A DNA stretch of 32,000 bases from Bacillus subtilis subsp. subtilis str. 168 (GTDB taxonomy: Bacteria; Bacillota; Bacilli; Bacillales; Bacillaceae), in the NCBI RefSeq assembly GCF_000009045.1, contig NC_000964.3, positions 4,020,001-4,052,000 on the forward strand, written 5' to 3'. Below the pieces are notes generated by a model, which saw only the letters and a list, made by a program, of their open reading frames with translations, was not told the DNA's origin and searched no databases. Position 1 is the stretch's first letter, and every line of letters starts with the position of its first letter. This document shows positions 20,921-32,000 of this stretch, piece by piece. The translations under genes were made by a program, and so were the position numbers.

Positions 20921-21414
20921 TTTCTCTATGAAGATACCCCGGCCTATTAAAACAGCCGAATGTTTTCATATTCATCCAGATAGGTGATTTCTCACTTCAC
21001 TTACATAGTCAGACTGATGTCTGTCTGTTTTGCGCAGAACTTGTTGCTTGCATATCCTCTCCTTCATAGTTCAACTCTTTTGCTGTTTCTCCTTCTTGCA
21101 TCACGTCTGTTTTTCTTTCGCGTACATGTAATAACTGCTTTGTCAGGTTTTGCATCAACTGTGATACAGCCATTTCGTTGTCGGCGTTTTTTAAGATGAT
21201 GCCTGATTGCCCGTCAACACCAGAGTCATTCGGCTGGCTCTTTATAAAACGCCTTGCGAAAAATACGACTTAGTAAACGCATATTGAGAGTTAGACAGCG
21301 GCGCTTGCCTCCTTGTCTGGATATCGTGTGCAATCGCTGAAAAAACCTGTTCTGCTTTCTGCGTCACGCTATTACAATAGCAATCTAACTTGTTAAAGAC
21401 TATAAAAAAACCTT

Positions 21415-21443
21415 TTGACTTCTGCTGCTGAACCAATTAATAT
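21415..21443 (+). promoter_or_regulatory. hut operon promoter
   Basis: TTGACT, 17-nt spacer, TAATAT, ~50 bp upstream of hutP. Confidence 0.75.
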
Positions 21444-21491
21444 AATACTCAGTTAATAGTTATCAGAATTTTTAGGAATTGAGTGATTCAT

Positions 21492-21938
21492 ATGACACTG
21501 CATAAAGAGCGTCGGATCGGCCGGCTGTCTGTTCTCCTGCTGCTGAATGAGGCGGAAGAAAGTACGCAGGTTGAGGAGCTGGAGCGAGACGGATGGAAGG
21601 TCTGTCTTGGCAAGGTAGGATCAATGGACGCACATAAAGTAGTAGCCGCAATTGAAACCGCTTCCAAAAAGAGCGGTGTCATTCAATCTGAGGGTTATCG
21701 GGAGTCACATGCGCTTTATCATGCGACGATGGAGGCTTTGCATGGCGTGACCAGAGGTGAAATGCTGCTGGGATCGCTGCTTCGGACGGTGGGATTGAGG
21801 TTTGCCGTTTTGAGGGGAAATCCTTATGAAAGTGAAGCGGAAGGCGATTGGATCGCTGTCTCGCTTTACGGAACAATCGGGGCGCCGATTAAAGGTCTTG
21901 AGCATGAAACATTCGGCGTTGGAATTAATCACATATGA
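21492..21938 (+). CDS. hutP: HutP, histidine/Mg2+-dependent RNA-binding antiterminator, 148 aa
   Basis: ORF 21483..21938, ATG at 21492: MTLHKERRIGRLSVLLLLNEAEES... first gene of hut operon. Confidence 0.96.
   Translation: MTLHKERRIGRLSVLLLLNEAEESTQVEELERDGWKVCLGKVGSMDAHKVVAAIETASKKSGVIQSEGYRESHALYHATMEALHGVTRGEMLLGSLLRTVGLRFAVLRGNPYESEAEGDWIAVSLYGTIGAPIKGLEHETFGVGINHI
21652..21666 (+). promoter_or_regulatory. Intragenic cre in hutP
   Basis: TTGAAACCGCTTCCA fits the cre consensus, ~+200 from the inferred transcription start, as established for the hut operon. Confidence 0.75.
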
Positions 21939-21942
21939 AACA

Positions 21943-22016
21943 GCCCATAGATCTTAGACGATAGGGGGCTATGCGTGAAAACAGAAGTTCACAGCATAGC
22001 TCCTTTTTGTATGGGC
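21943..22016 (+). promoter_or_regulatory. HutP-responsive antiterminator/terminator element between hutP and hutH
   Basis: Outer pair GCCCATA (21943-21949) / TATGGGC (22010-22016). Terminator stem GGGGGCTATG..GTGA / TCAC..CATAGCTCC followed by TTTTT. UAG-type NAG triplets (CATAG, TTAG, ATAG) at the 5' side. Confidence 0.85.
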
Positions 22017-22050
22017 GCTTTACCAAAGTAAAGAAAAAGGAGTTGGGCTT

Positions 22051-23577
22051 ATGGTGACTTTAGACGGTTCTTCATTGACAACAGCCGACGTCGCTCGTGT
22101 GCTGTTTGATTTTGAGGAGGCAGCGGCTTCTGAGGAAAGTATGGAGCGCGTGAAAAAAAGCAGAGCAGCAGTGGAACGGATTGTACGCGACGAAAAGACA
22201 ATCTACGGCATCAACACCGGATTTGGCAAATTCAGCGATGTCCTGATTCAGAAAGAAGACTCGGCGGCGCTGCAGCTGAATTTAATCCTTTCTCATGCCT
22301 GCGGAGTCGGCGACCCTTTTCCTGAGTGTGTTTCCAGGGCAATGCTGCTTTTGCGCGCCAATGCGCTGTTAAAAGGCTTTTCCGGTGTACGCGCTGAGCT
22401 GATCGAGCAGTTGCTTGCTTTTTTAAATAAACGCGTCCATCCTGTCATCCCTCAGCAAGGATCACTTGGCGCAAGCGGAGATCTGGCGCCGCTTTCCCAC
22501 TTGGCGCTTGCGCTGATCGGACAAGGAGAAGTCTTTTTTGAGGGGGAAAGAATGCCGGCAATGACAGGCTTGAAAAAAGCAGGTATTCAACCGGTAACGC
22601 TGACATCCAAGGAAGGGCTTGCCTTGATTAACGGGACTCAGGCCATGACTGCAATGGGGGTGGTCGCCTACATCGAAGCTGAGAAACTAGCCTATCAAAC
22701 AGAACGAATTGCCAGCTTAACGATTGAGGGGTTGCAGGGAATTATCGATGCATTTGACGAGGATATTCACTTAGCCCGCGGCTATCAGGAGCAGATCGAT
22801 GTCGCAGAACGAATTCGCTTTTATCTATCTGACAGCGGCCTGACAACCTCCCAGGGAGAACTGCGGGTACAGGATGCCTATTCATTGCGCTGTATTCCGC
22901 AAGTACACGGTGCGACTTGGCAGACACTAGGATATGTCAAAGAAAAATTAGAGATTGAAATGAACGCAGCTACAGACAATCCACTCATTTTCAATGACGG
23001 TGACAAAGTGATTTCCGGCGGAAACTTTCACGGACAGCCAATCGCCTTTGCCATGGATTTTCTGAAAATCGCAATATCAGAGCTTGCGAATATCGCAGAG
23101 CGTAGGATCGAACGACTTGTGAATCCGCAGCTGAATGACCTGCCGCCGTTCCTGAGCCCTCATCCCGGTCTGCAATCCGGTGCAATGATCATGCAGTACG
23201 CCGCGGCCTCACTCGTTTCTGAAAATAAAACACTGGCCCATCCTGCAAGTGTGGATTCCATTCCGTCATCCGCCAACCAAGAGGACCATGTCAGCATGGG
23301 AACCATCGCCGCTCGGCATGCTTATCAGGTGATCGCAAATACAAGGAGAGTCATTGCGATCGAAGCCATTTGCGCATTGCAGGCTGTTGAATACAGAGGC
23401 ATAGAACATGCAGCGTCCTATACGAAACAGCTTTTTCAAGAAATGAGAAAAGTCGTGCCGTCCATTCAGCAGGACCGTGTTTTTTCCTATGACATTGAAC
23501 GCTTGACTGACTGGCTGAAGAAAGAATCTTTAATACCTGATCATCAGAATAAAGAACTAAGGGGGATGAACATATGA
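22051..23577 (+). CDS. hutH: Histidine ammonia-lyase, 508 aa
   Basis: [12 protein letters not shown]-type MIO motif ([24 protein letters not shown]); [10 protein letters not shown]. Confidence 0.98.
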   Translation: MVTLDGSSLTTADVARVLFDFEEAAASEESMERVKKSRAAVERIVRDEKTIYGINTGFGKFSDVLIQKEDSAALQLNLILSHACGVGDPFPECVSRAMLLLRANALLKGFSGVRAELIEQLLAFLNKRVHPVIPQQGSLGASGDLAPLSHLALALIGQGEVFFEGERMPAMTGLKKAGIQPVTLTSKEGLALINGTQAMTAMGVVAYIEAEKLAYQTERIASLTIEGLQGIIDAFDEDIHLARGYQEQIDVAERIRFYLSDSGLTTSQGELRVQDAYSLRCIPQVHGATWQTLGYVKEKLEIEMNAATDNPLIFNDGDKVISGGNFHGQPIAFAMDFLKIAISELANIAERRIERLVNPQLNDLPPFLSPHPGLQSGAMIMQYAAASLVSENKTLAHPASVDSIPSSANQEDHVSMGTIAARHAYQVIANTRRVIAIEAICALQAVEYRGIEHAASYTKQLFQEMRKVVPSIQQDRVFSYDIERLTDWLKKESLIPDHQNKELRGMNI

Positions 23578-25232
23578 CTGATGTAAAAAAATCAATCCGT
23601 GCCAACAGAGGAACAGAGCTTGAATGCTTAGGATGGGAGCAAGAGGCAGTGCTTCGGATGCTTCGAAACAACCTTGATCCAGAAGTCGCCGAGAAGCCGG
23701 AGGACCTCATCGTATATGGCGGGATTGGCAAAGCCGCACGGGATTGGGACGCTTTTCACGCCATTGAGCATTCCTTGAAAACATTAAAAAATGATGAAAC
23801 ATTGCTCGTGCAATCCGGAAAGCCCGTTGGCATGTTCCGTACACACCCGCAGGCCCCTCGCGTGCTCCTAGCAAATTCTGTTCTTGTTCCGAAGTGGGCA
23901 GACTGGGAGCATTTCCACGAACTTGAGAAAAAAGGGTTAATGATGTACGGACAGATGACGGCTGGCAGCTGGATTTACATTGGCTCACAAGGCATATTGC
24001 AAGGAACCTATGAAACCTTCGCTGAGCTGGCGCGACAGCACTTCGGGGGCAGCTTAAAAGGAACGTTGACGCTGACAGCGGGTCTCGGCGGAATGGGAGG
24101 CGCCCAGCCGCTGTCAGTCACGATGAATGAAGGCGTCGTGATTGCCGTCGAGGTTGACGAGAAACGCATCGACAAGCGGATCGAAACAAAATACTGCGAT
24201 CGAAAAACAGCATCGATTGAGGAAGCCTTAGCTTGGGCTGAAGAGGCAAAGCTGGCAGGAAAACCTTTGTCCATTGCACTTCTCGGAAACGCAGCTGAGG
24301 TGCATCACACACTTTTGAACCGAGGCGTCAAAATTGATATTGTGACAGATCAGACATCTGCCCATGACCCTTTAATCGGTTATGTTCCCGAGGGCTATTC
24401 CCTTGATGAAGCTGACCGTTTGCGTCAAGACACTCCAGAGCTTTACGTGCGCCTTGCGAAGCAAAGCATGAAAAAACATGTCGAAGCCATGCTGGCCTTT
24501 CAGCAAAAGGGCTCTATTGTATTTGACTACGGCAACAATATCCGGCAAGTCGCAAAGGATGAAGGGCTGGAGAATGCCTTCGATTTTCCGGGGTTTGTCC
24601 CTGCCTACATCCGCCCCTTATTCTGTGAAGGAAAAGGGCCGTTCCGCTGGGCGGCGCTTTCCGGAGATCCGGCAGATATTTACCGTACGGATGCGTTATT
24701 AAAAGAGCTGTTCCCGACAAATAAAGCCCTTCACCGCTGGATTGATATGGCACAGGAAAAAGTCACCTTCCAAGGCTTGCCGTCCCGTATCTGCTGGCTT
24801 GGATATGGAGAACGAAAAAAGATGGGCCTCGCCATTAACGAGCTGGTTAGAACCGGGGAGCTAAAAGCGCCTGTCGTTATTGGGAGAGATCATTTGGACT
24901 GCGGGTCTGTCGCCTCTCCAAACCGGGAAACAGAAGCGATGAAGGATGGAAGTGACGCTGTCGGTGATTGGGCTGTGCTAAATGCGCTTGTCAACACGGC
25001 GGCGGGTGCAAGCTGGGTTTCCTTCCACCATGGCGGCGGCGTCGGAATGGGCTATTCCCTTCATGCCGGCATGGTTGCAGTGGCCGATGGAAGTGAGCTG
25101 GCTGACGAGCGGCTCGCGCGGGTCTTAACGAGCGACCCAGGAATGGGCATTATCCGTCATGCGGATGCGGGTTATGAACGTGCCGTTGAAGTAGCGAAGG
25201 AACAGGACATTATCGTGCCGATGCAAAAATAA
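23574..25232 (+). CDS. hutU: Urocanate hydratase, 552 aa
   Basis: [17 protein letters not shown] and [28 protein letters not shown]; 4-nt overlap with hutH. Confidence 0.98.
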   Translation: MTDVKKSIRANRGTELECLGWEQEAVLRMLRNNLDPEVAEKPEDLIVYGGIGKAARDWDAFHAIEHSLKTLKNDETLLVQSGKPVGMFRTHPQAPRVLLANSVLVPKWADWEHFHELEKKGLMMYGQMTAGSWIYIGSQGILQGTYETFAELARQHFGGSLKGTLTLTAGLGGMGGAQPLSVTMNEGVVIAVEVDEKRIDKRIETKYCDRKTASIEEALAWAEEAKLAGKPLSIALLGNAAEVHHTLLNRGVKIDIVTDQTSAHDPLIGYVPEGYSLDEADRLRQDTPELYVRLAKQSMKKHVEAMLAFQQKGSIVFDYGNNIRQVAKDEGLENAFDFPGFVPAYIRPLFCEGKGPFRWAALSGDPADIYRTDALLKELFPTNKALHRWIDMAQEKVTFQGLPSRICWLGYGERKKMGLAINELVRTGELKAPVVIGRDHLDCGSVASPNRETEAMKDGSDAVGDWAVLNALVNTAAGASWVSFHHGGGVGMGYSLHAGMVAVADGSELADERLARVLTSDPGMGIIRHADAGYERAVEVAKEQDIIVPMQK

Positions 25233-27462
<2,230 letters not shown>

Positions 27463-27537
27463 TCTTCTGGCAGGTTGTATTTTGGGTATAAGAAACTCAT
27501 CTGCCTAAGGAATGGCAGCTAAAAGGAGGGCGAGACA

Positions 27538-28965
27538 GTGAATCTTCAGGAGAACAGCAGCCAACAGCTAAAACGCACAATGAAAAGCAGGCACCTATTT
27601 ATGATCTCATTGGGAGGCGTCATAGGCACAGGACTTTTCCTCAGTACGGGCTATACGCTACATCAAGCCGGACCCGGCGGTACGATACTCGCTTATGTAA
27701 TCGGCGGGTTGATGATGTACCTCGTCATGCAATGTCTCGGCGAATTGTCGGTTGCCATGCCGGTGACCGGCTCTTTTCAAAAATATGCTACAACATTTAT
27801 CGGTCCATCTACCGGTTTTATGGTCGGCATCATGTACTGGATCAATTGGGTGGTGACGGTAGGCTCTGAGTTTACCGCATCCGGTATTCTCATGCAGCGC
27901 TGGTTCCCTGACAGCAGTGTATGGATGTGGAGTGCGATTTTTGCAGCCCTTCTTTTTATATGCAACGCATTTTCAGTTAAGTTATTTGCGGAAACTGAAT
28001 TTTGGTTTTCCAGCGTAAAGATTGTCACCATTATTTTATTTATCATTTTAGGAGGAGCCGCCATGTTTGGCCTGATCTCTTTAAACGGAACGGCGGATGC
28101 TCCTATGTTGTCAAACTTCACAGATCATGGCGGGTTGTTTCCAAATGGCTTTCTCGCCGTTTTTATCGCGATGATATCTGTGAGCTTCGCCTTTTCCGGT
28201 ACAGAGTTAATCGGCGTTACAGCAGGAGAATCAGCAAATCCTCAAAAGGATATACCGCGATCCATCCGTAATGTCGCATGGAGAACCGTGATTTTTTTCA
28301 TTGGCGCTGTCTTCATATTATCCGGGTTGATTTCATGGAAGGACGCAGGCGTGATTGAAAGCCCGTTTGTCGCCGTATTTGCGGAGATCGGAATTCCTTA
28401 CGCTGCTGATATTATGAATTTCGTAATATTAACAGCCTTGCTGTCTGTCGCCAACTCAGGCTTATATGCTTCGACCCGTATGATGTGGTCTTTAGCAAAT
28501 GAAAACATGATCAGCTCCCGTTTTAAGAAAGTGACATCTAAAGGCATTCCTTTAAATGCCTTAATGATCAGTATGGCTGTATCTTGTTTATCTCTCGTTT
28601 CCAGTATCGTGGCCCCTGGAACTGTCTATGTGGTGATGGTCGCAATTGCTGGATTTGCAGGAGTCGTGGTCTGGATGAGCATTGCCTTGTCCCAACTCTT
28701 GTTTCGAAAGAGATTTTTGAAAAAAGGGGGGGATGTAAAAGATCTGACATTTCGCACGCCGCTTTATCCTCTTATGCCTATAGCCGCTCTCTTATTATGT
28801 TCTGCTTCTTGTATCGGTCTTGCTTTTGATCCCAATCAAAGAATCGCACTTTTCTGCGGAGTTCCTTGTATCATCCTTTGCTATCTCATCTACCATTTCA
28901 AAAGAAATGTTACAAAAGCGAAAAAAATCAGCCAAGAGGAATATCCAGCCGATCACATCCTATAA
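27538..28965 (+). CDS. hutM: Histidine permease (AAT family), 475 aa
   Basis: [27 protein letters not shown] and the amino acid permease signature; last hut gene. Confidence 0.95.
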   Translation: MNLQENSSQQLKRTMKSRHLFMISLGGVIGTGLFLSTGYTLHQAGPGGTILAYVIGGLMMYLVMQCLGELSVAMPVTGSFQKYATTFIGPSTGFMVGIMYWINWVVTVGSEFTASGILMQRWFPDSSVWMWSAIFAALLFICNAFSVKLFAETEFWFSSVKIVTIILFIILGGAAMFGLISLNGTADAPMLSNFTDHGGLFPNGFLAVFIAMISVSFAFSGTELIGVTAGESANPQKDIPRSIRNVAWRTVIFFIGAVFILSGLISWKDAGVIESPFVAVFAEIGIPYAADIMNFVILTALLSVANSGLYASTRMMWSLANENMISSRFKKVTSKGIPLNALMISMAVSCLSLVSSIVAPGTVYVVMVAIAGFAGVVVWMSIALSQLLFRKRFLKKGGDVKDLTFRTPLYPLMPIAALLLCSASCIGLAFDPNQRIALFCGVPCIILCYLIYHFKRNVTKAKKISQEEYPADHIL

Positions 28966-29008
28966 TTAAAAAAGCACACCCCGCTCAGCATGGGATGTGC
29001 TTTATTTT
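28966..29008. terminator. Convergent bidirectional terminator between hutM and pdp
   Basis: AAAAAAGCACACCCC...TGGGATGTGCTTTATTTTTT hairpin, A/T tracts both sides. Confidence 0.85.
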
Positions 29009-30310
29009 TTATTCTGTAATTAACGTATGAATCAGCTTCGGCGCCTTCGCTTCCGCGGCGATGCGGATGTTGTCATAGACTTTTGCGATGACTTCATCGA
29101 CGTTTTCTCGGTTAGCGTAAAGCGTTACGAGCGGTTCCCCTTTTTCTACTTTGTCGCCGACCTTTTTGCGGAGCATGATGCCGACGGCTAAATCGATTTC
29201 GTCTTCTTTTGTGGCGCGGCCGGCACCTAACAGCATCGCCGCGACGCCGATTTCGTCCGCGACGATTTCAGAGACGACACCCGCTTCTTTGGCAGGCACA
29301 TCAATTTGATATGCGGCTTGCGGAAGCTTAGACGGATCGTCAACAATTGAGCTGTCGCCGCCTTGGTTTTTCAGGAAATCCTTGAATTTCTCAAGTGCTT
29401 TGCCGTTTTTCATGACTTCTTCCAGCTTCGCTCTCGCTTCGTCCAATGTATCGGCTTTTTTCGCAAGCACAACCATCTGGCTGCCGAGCGTTAAGACAAG
29501 CTCATGAAGATCCTCAGGCCCCTCGCCTTTGAGCGTGTCGATCGCTTCTTTGACTTCAAGCGCATTTCCGATCGCAAAGCCGAGTGGCTGGGACATGTCT
29601 GAAATGACAGCCATTGTTTGACGGCCGACGTTATTTCCGATGCGTACCATCGCTTTGGCAAGTTCAGCTGCGTCTTCTTCTGTTTTCATGAAGGCGCCCG
29701 CTCCCGTTTTTACGTCAAGCACGATGGCGTCCGCCCCGGCAGCGATTTTTTTGCTCATAATCGAGCTTGCAATGAGCGGAATGGAATTGACCGTTCCCGT
29801 TACATCACGAAGCGCGTACAGTTTTTTATCAGCCGGCGTTAAATTGCCGCTTTGGCCGATGACCGCAACCTTGTCGCGGTTCACAAGTTTAATAAATTCA
29901 TCCTTCGTCAGTTCCACGTGGAAGCCCATGATTGCCTCTAACTTATCAATCGTGCCGCCCGTATGGCCGAGGCCGCGGCCGGACATCTTAGCAACCGGCA
30001 CATCAAGAGCCGCAACAAGCGGAGCGAGAACGAGCGTTGTCGTGTCGCCGACGCCGCCGGTAGAGTGTTTATCCACTTTAATTCCTTCAATGGCAGAAAG
30101 ATCAATCGTTTCACCGGAGTTCACCATAGCCATCGTCAAGTCCGCGCGTTCACGGTCACTCATATCCTGGAAGAAAATCGCCATAGCAAGCGCGCTTGCC
30201 TGATAATCAGGAATGCTTCCATCTGTATAGCCGTTCACAAAAAATTGAATTTCTTCAGTGGTGAGTTCTTTTCCGTTTTGTTTTTTGATGATGATATCTA
30301 CCATTCTCAT
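29009..30310 (-). CDS. pdp: Pyrimidine-nucleoside phosphorylase, 433 aa
   Basis: [50 protein letters not shown] signature. Confidence 0.97.
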   Translation of the reverse strand: MRMVDIIIKKQNGKELTTEEIQFFVNGYTDGSIPDYQASALAMAIFFQDMSDRERADLTMAMVNSGETIDLSAIEGIKVDKHSTGGVGDTTTLVLAPLVAALDVPVAKMSGRGLGHTGGTIDKLEAIMGFHVELTKDEFIKLVNRDKVAVIGQSGNLTPADKKLYALRDVTGTVNSIPLIASSIMSKKIAAGADAIVLDVKTGAGAFMKTEEDAAELAKAMVRIGNNVGRQTMAVISDMSQPLGFAIGNALEVKEAIDTLKGEGPEDLHELVLTLGSQMVVLAKKADTLDEARAKLEEVMKNGKALEKFKDFLKNQGGDSSIVDDPSKLPQAAYQIDVPAKEAGVVSEIVADEIGVAAMLLGAGRATKEDEIDLAVGIMLRKKVGDKVEKGEPLVTLYANRENVDEVIAKVYDNIRIAAEAKAPKLIHTLITE

Positions 30311-30339
30311 GTTTGGTCACCGATCCTTTTCGATTAAGT

Positions 30340-31521
30340 TCAGTAAATCAAGCCCACAATTGCTGCTGATAAAAAGCTGACAAGCGTAGCACCGTATAAT
30401 AATTTCAAGCCGAAACGAGCGACGACATTTCCTTGCTTTTCATTCAGTCCTTTTACGGCACCGGCAATGATTCCGATTGAGGAGAAGTTCGCAAATGACA
30501 CAAGGAATACCGATACGATCGCTGTTGTACGGCCGCTGAAATGGAAACCGTTTTGCGTAAGCGACGTCATGGCGACAAATTCATTCGATACCATTTTTGT
30601 TGCCATAATGCTTCCCGCATTAACAGCTTCATTCCATGGGATACCGACAAGAAAAGCGAATGGAGCAAACACATATCCAAGAATGCCTTGGAACGAAATA
30701 CCGAATACTGCATTAAAAATGCCATTGATCAATGCAATAATCGCGACAAATCCAATCAGCATCGCAGCGACGACAACCGCTACTTTGAAACCGTCAAGAA
30801 TGTATTCTCCGAGCACTTCGAAGAAGGATTGTTTTTCTTCTTCCTCAACACGAAGCATATCCTCTTCTTTTGCAACCTCGTACGGATTGATAATAGAAGC
30901 GATAATGAAACCGCCAAATAAGTTCAAAACAAGCGCTGTTACAACATATTCCGGTTTCAGCATTGTCATATACGCACCGACAATCGACATTGATACAGTT
31001 GACATCGCAGATGCGCAAAGCGTGTACAAGCGCTGCTGATTTAAAAGACCGAGTTCTTTCTTCAAGGAGATAAATACTTCTGACTGCCCTAAAATCGCAG
31101 AAGCCACTGCGTTATACGATTCCAATCTTCCCATACCGTTTACCTTGCTGAGGGCAAGGCCGATATATCTAATGATAAACGGGAGGACTTTCCACTTTTG
31201 CAGAATCCCGATCAGAGCGGAAATAAACACGATTGGCAAGAGAACATTCATAAAGAATGTCGTTTGGTCCGCATTCACCAAGCCGCCAAACACAAAGTTA
31301 ATTCCCTCTGCCGCGTATTCAAGCAGGTAACCGAATCCTTTTGCAAATCCTCCCACGAGGAAATTCCCTATTCCGGTATTGAGGAGAATGTAGCCAAGAA
31401 TAAATTGCAAAATGAGCATAACAACAATTGGGCGGATCTTAATTCTTTTTTTGCCGCTGCTCGCGATCCACGCGAGGCCTAAAAACACGATTAAACCGAT
31501 AATCCCAATCAAATACTTCAT
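30340..31521 (-). CDS. nupC: Concentrative pyrimidine nucleoside transporter, 393 aa
   Basis: CNT family: [31 protein letters not shown]; adjacent to pdp and dra. Confidence 0.96.
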   Translation of the reverse strand: MKYLIGIIGLIVFLGLAWIASSGKKRIKIRPIVVMLILQFILGYILLNTGIGNFLVGGFAKGFGYLLEYAAEGINFVFGGLVNADQTTFFMNVLLPIVFISALIGILQKWKVLPFIIRYIGLALSKVNGMGRLESYNAVASAILGQSEVFISLKKELGLLNQQRLYTLCASAMSTVSMSIVGAYMTMLKPEYVVTALVLNLFGGFIIASIINPYEVAKEEDMLRVEEEEKQSFFEVLGEYILDGFKVAVVVAAMLIGFVAIIALINGIFNAVFGISFQGILGYVFAPFAFLVGIPWNEAVNAGSIMATKMVSNEFVAMTSLTQNGFHFSGRTTAIVSVFLVSFANFSSIGIIAGAVKGLNEKQGNVVARFGLKLLYGATLVSFLSAAIVGLIY

Positions 31522-31572
31522 ATGTGTTTCTCCTTTATTTGTATTCGCTTACAATTACTGTTTCCTCAGAAA

Positions 31573-31595
31573 ACGGAAAGCAGTCTGCCTTCCGT
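31573..31595 (-). terminator. Intercistronic hairpin/attenuator-like terminator between dra and nupC
   Basis: Minus strand ACGGAAGGC AGACT GCTTTCCGT TTTC. Confidence 0.55.
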
Positions 31596-31601
31596 CAGCT
31601 C

Positions 31602-32000
31602 TTAATAGTTGTCTCCGCCTGATGCATTTTCTCCTTTTACGATAGAAACGCCTGCGCTGGCGCCAATTCGGCTTGCTCCGGCCTCTACCATTGTGTCTAC
31701 ATCTTCTTTCGTTCTGACGCCGCCAGATGCTTTCACGCCGATATCAGGCCCTACTGTTTTGCGCATTAAGGCGATATCTTCCTTCGTTGCGCCGCCTGTA
31801 GAAAAGCCTGTTGATGTTTTTACGAAATCCGCTCCCGCAGACACCGCTAAACGGCATGCACGTTCTTTTTCTTCATCAGTCAGAAGGCACGTTTCGATAA
31901 TGACTTTGACAAGCGCTTTTCCGGCTACAGCTTCCACTACACCGCGGATATCAGCTTCCACCACATCGTCTTCCTTGTCTTTTAAAGCGGCAATATTAAT
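31602..32000 (-). CDS. dra: Deoxyribose-phosphate aldolase, C-terminal part (5' end outside window)
   Basis: ...[54 protein letters not shown]...; frame remains open to the window edge beyond the ORF-track start at 31964. Confidence 0.95.
   Translation of the reverse strand: MNIAALKDKEDDVVEADIRGVVEAVAGKALVKVIIETCLLTDEEKERACRLAVSAGADFVKTSTGFSTGGATKEDIALMRKTVGPDIGVKASGGVRTKEDVDTMVEAGASRIGASAGVSIVKGENASGGDNY

Noticed and set aside
23351-23731. 126-aa minus ORF across the hutH-hutU junction
   Set aside because: Antisense to two well-supported overlapping hut genes, no promoter or RBS seen.
29640-30203. 187-aa plus-strand ORF antisense to pdp
   Set aside because: Mirror frame of a highly conserved enzyme; low-complexity Ser/Ala content typical of antisense ORFs.
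30467-31039. 190-aa plus-strand ORF antisense to nupC
   Set aside because: Fully antisense to the nupC coding frame; Thr/Asn/Ser-rich shadow ORF with no upstream expression signal.

Overview
The window matches a Bacillus subtilis-type chromosome. Gene order and protein content fit the segment from the wapA locus through the bgl, yxi (LXG toxin), abnB, hut and pdp/nupC/dra loci. Minus strand, left to right: a run of small immunity-like ORFs (1-2750), wapI, wapA (a giant YD/RHS-repeat toxin), yxxF, yxiE, bglH, bglP with a LicT-type antiterminator leader, a polymorphic-toxin operon (yxiB-yxiC-yxiD with downstream immunity-like genes), and the secreted GH43 arabinanase abnB/yxiA. Plus strand: the histidine utilisation operon hutP-hutH-hutU-hutI-hutG-hutM. 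Minus strand again: pdp, nupC and a partial dra/deoC. Most of the window is well-characterised biology. The parts worth a second look are the accessory segment downstream of wapA, which has an in-frame amber codon splitting one gene, orphan immunity-like ORFs and a coding remnant, and the decayed-looking coding signal in the abnB-hutP gap. I found no CRISPR array, RNA gene cluster, prophage or transposon, and no convincing new system. Names were assigned by recognition, not by database search.
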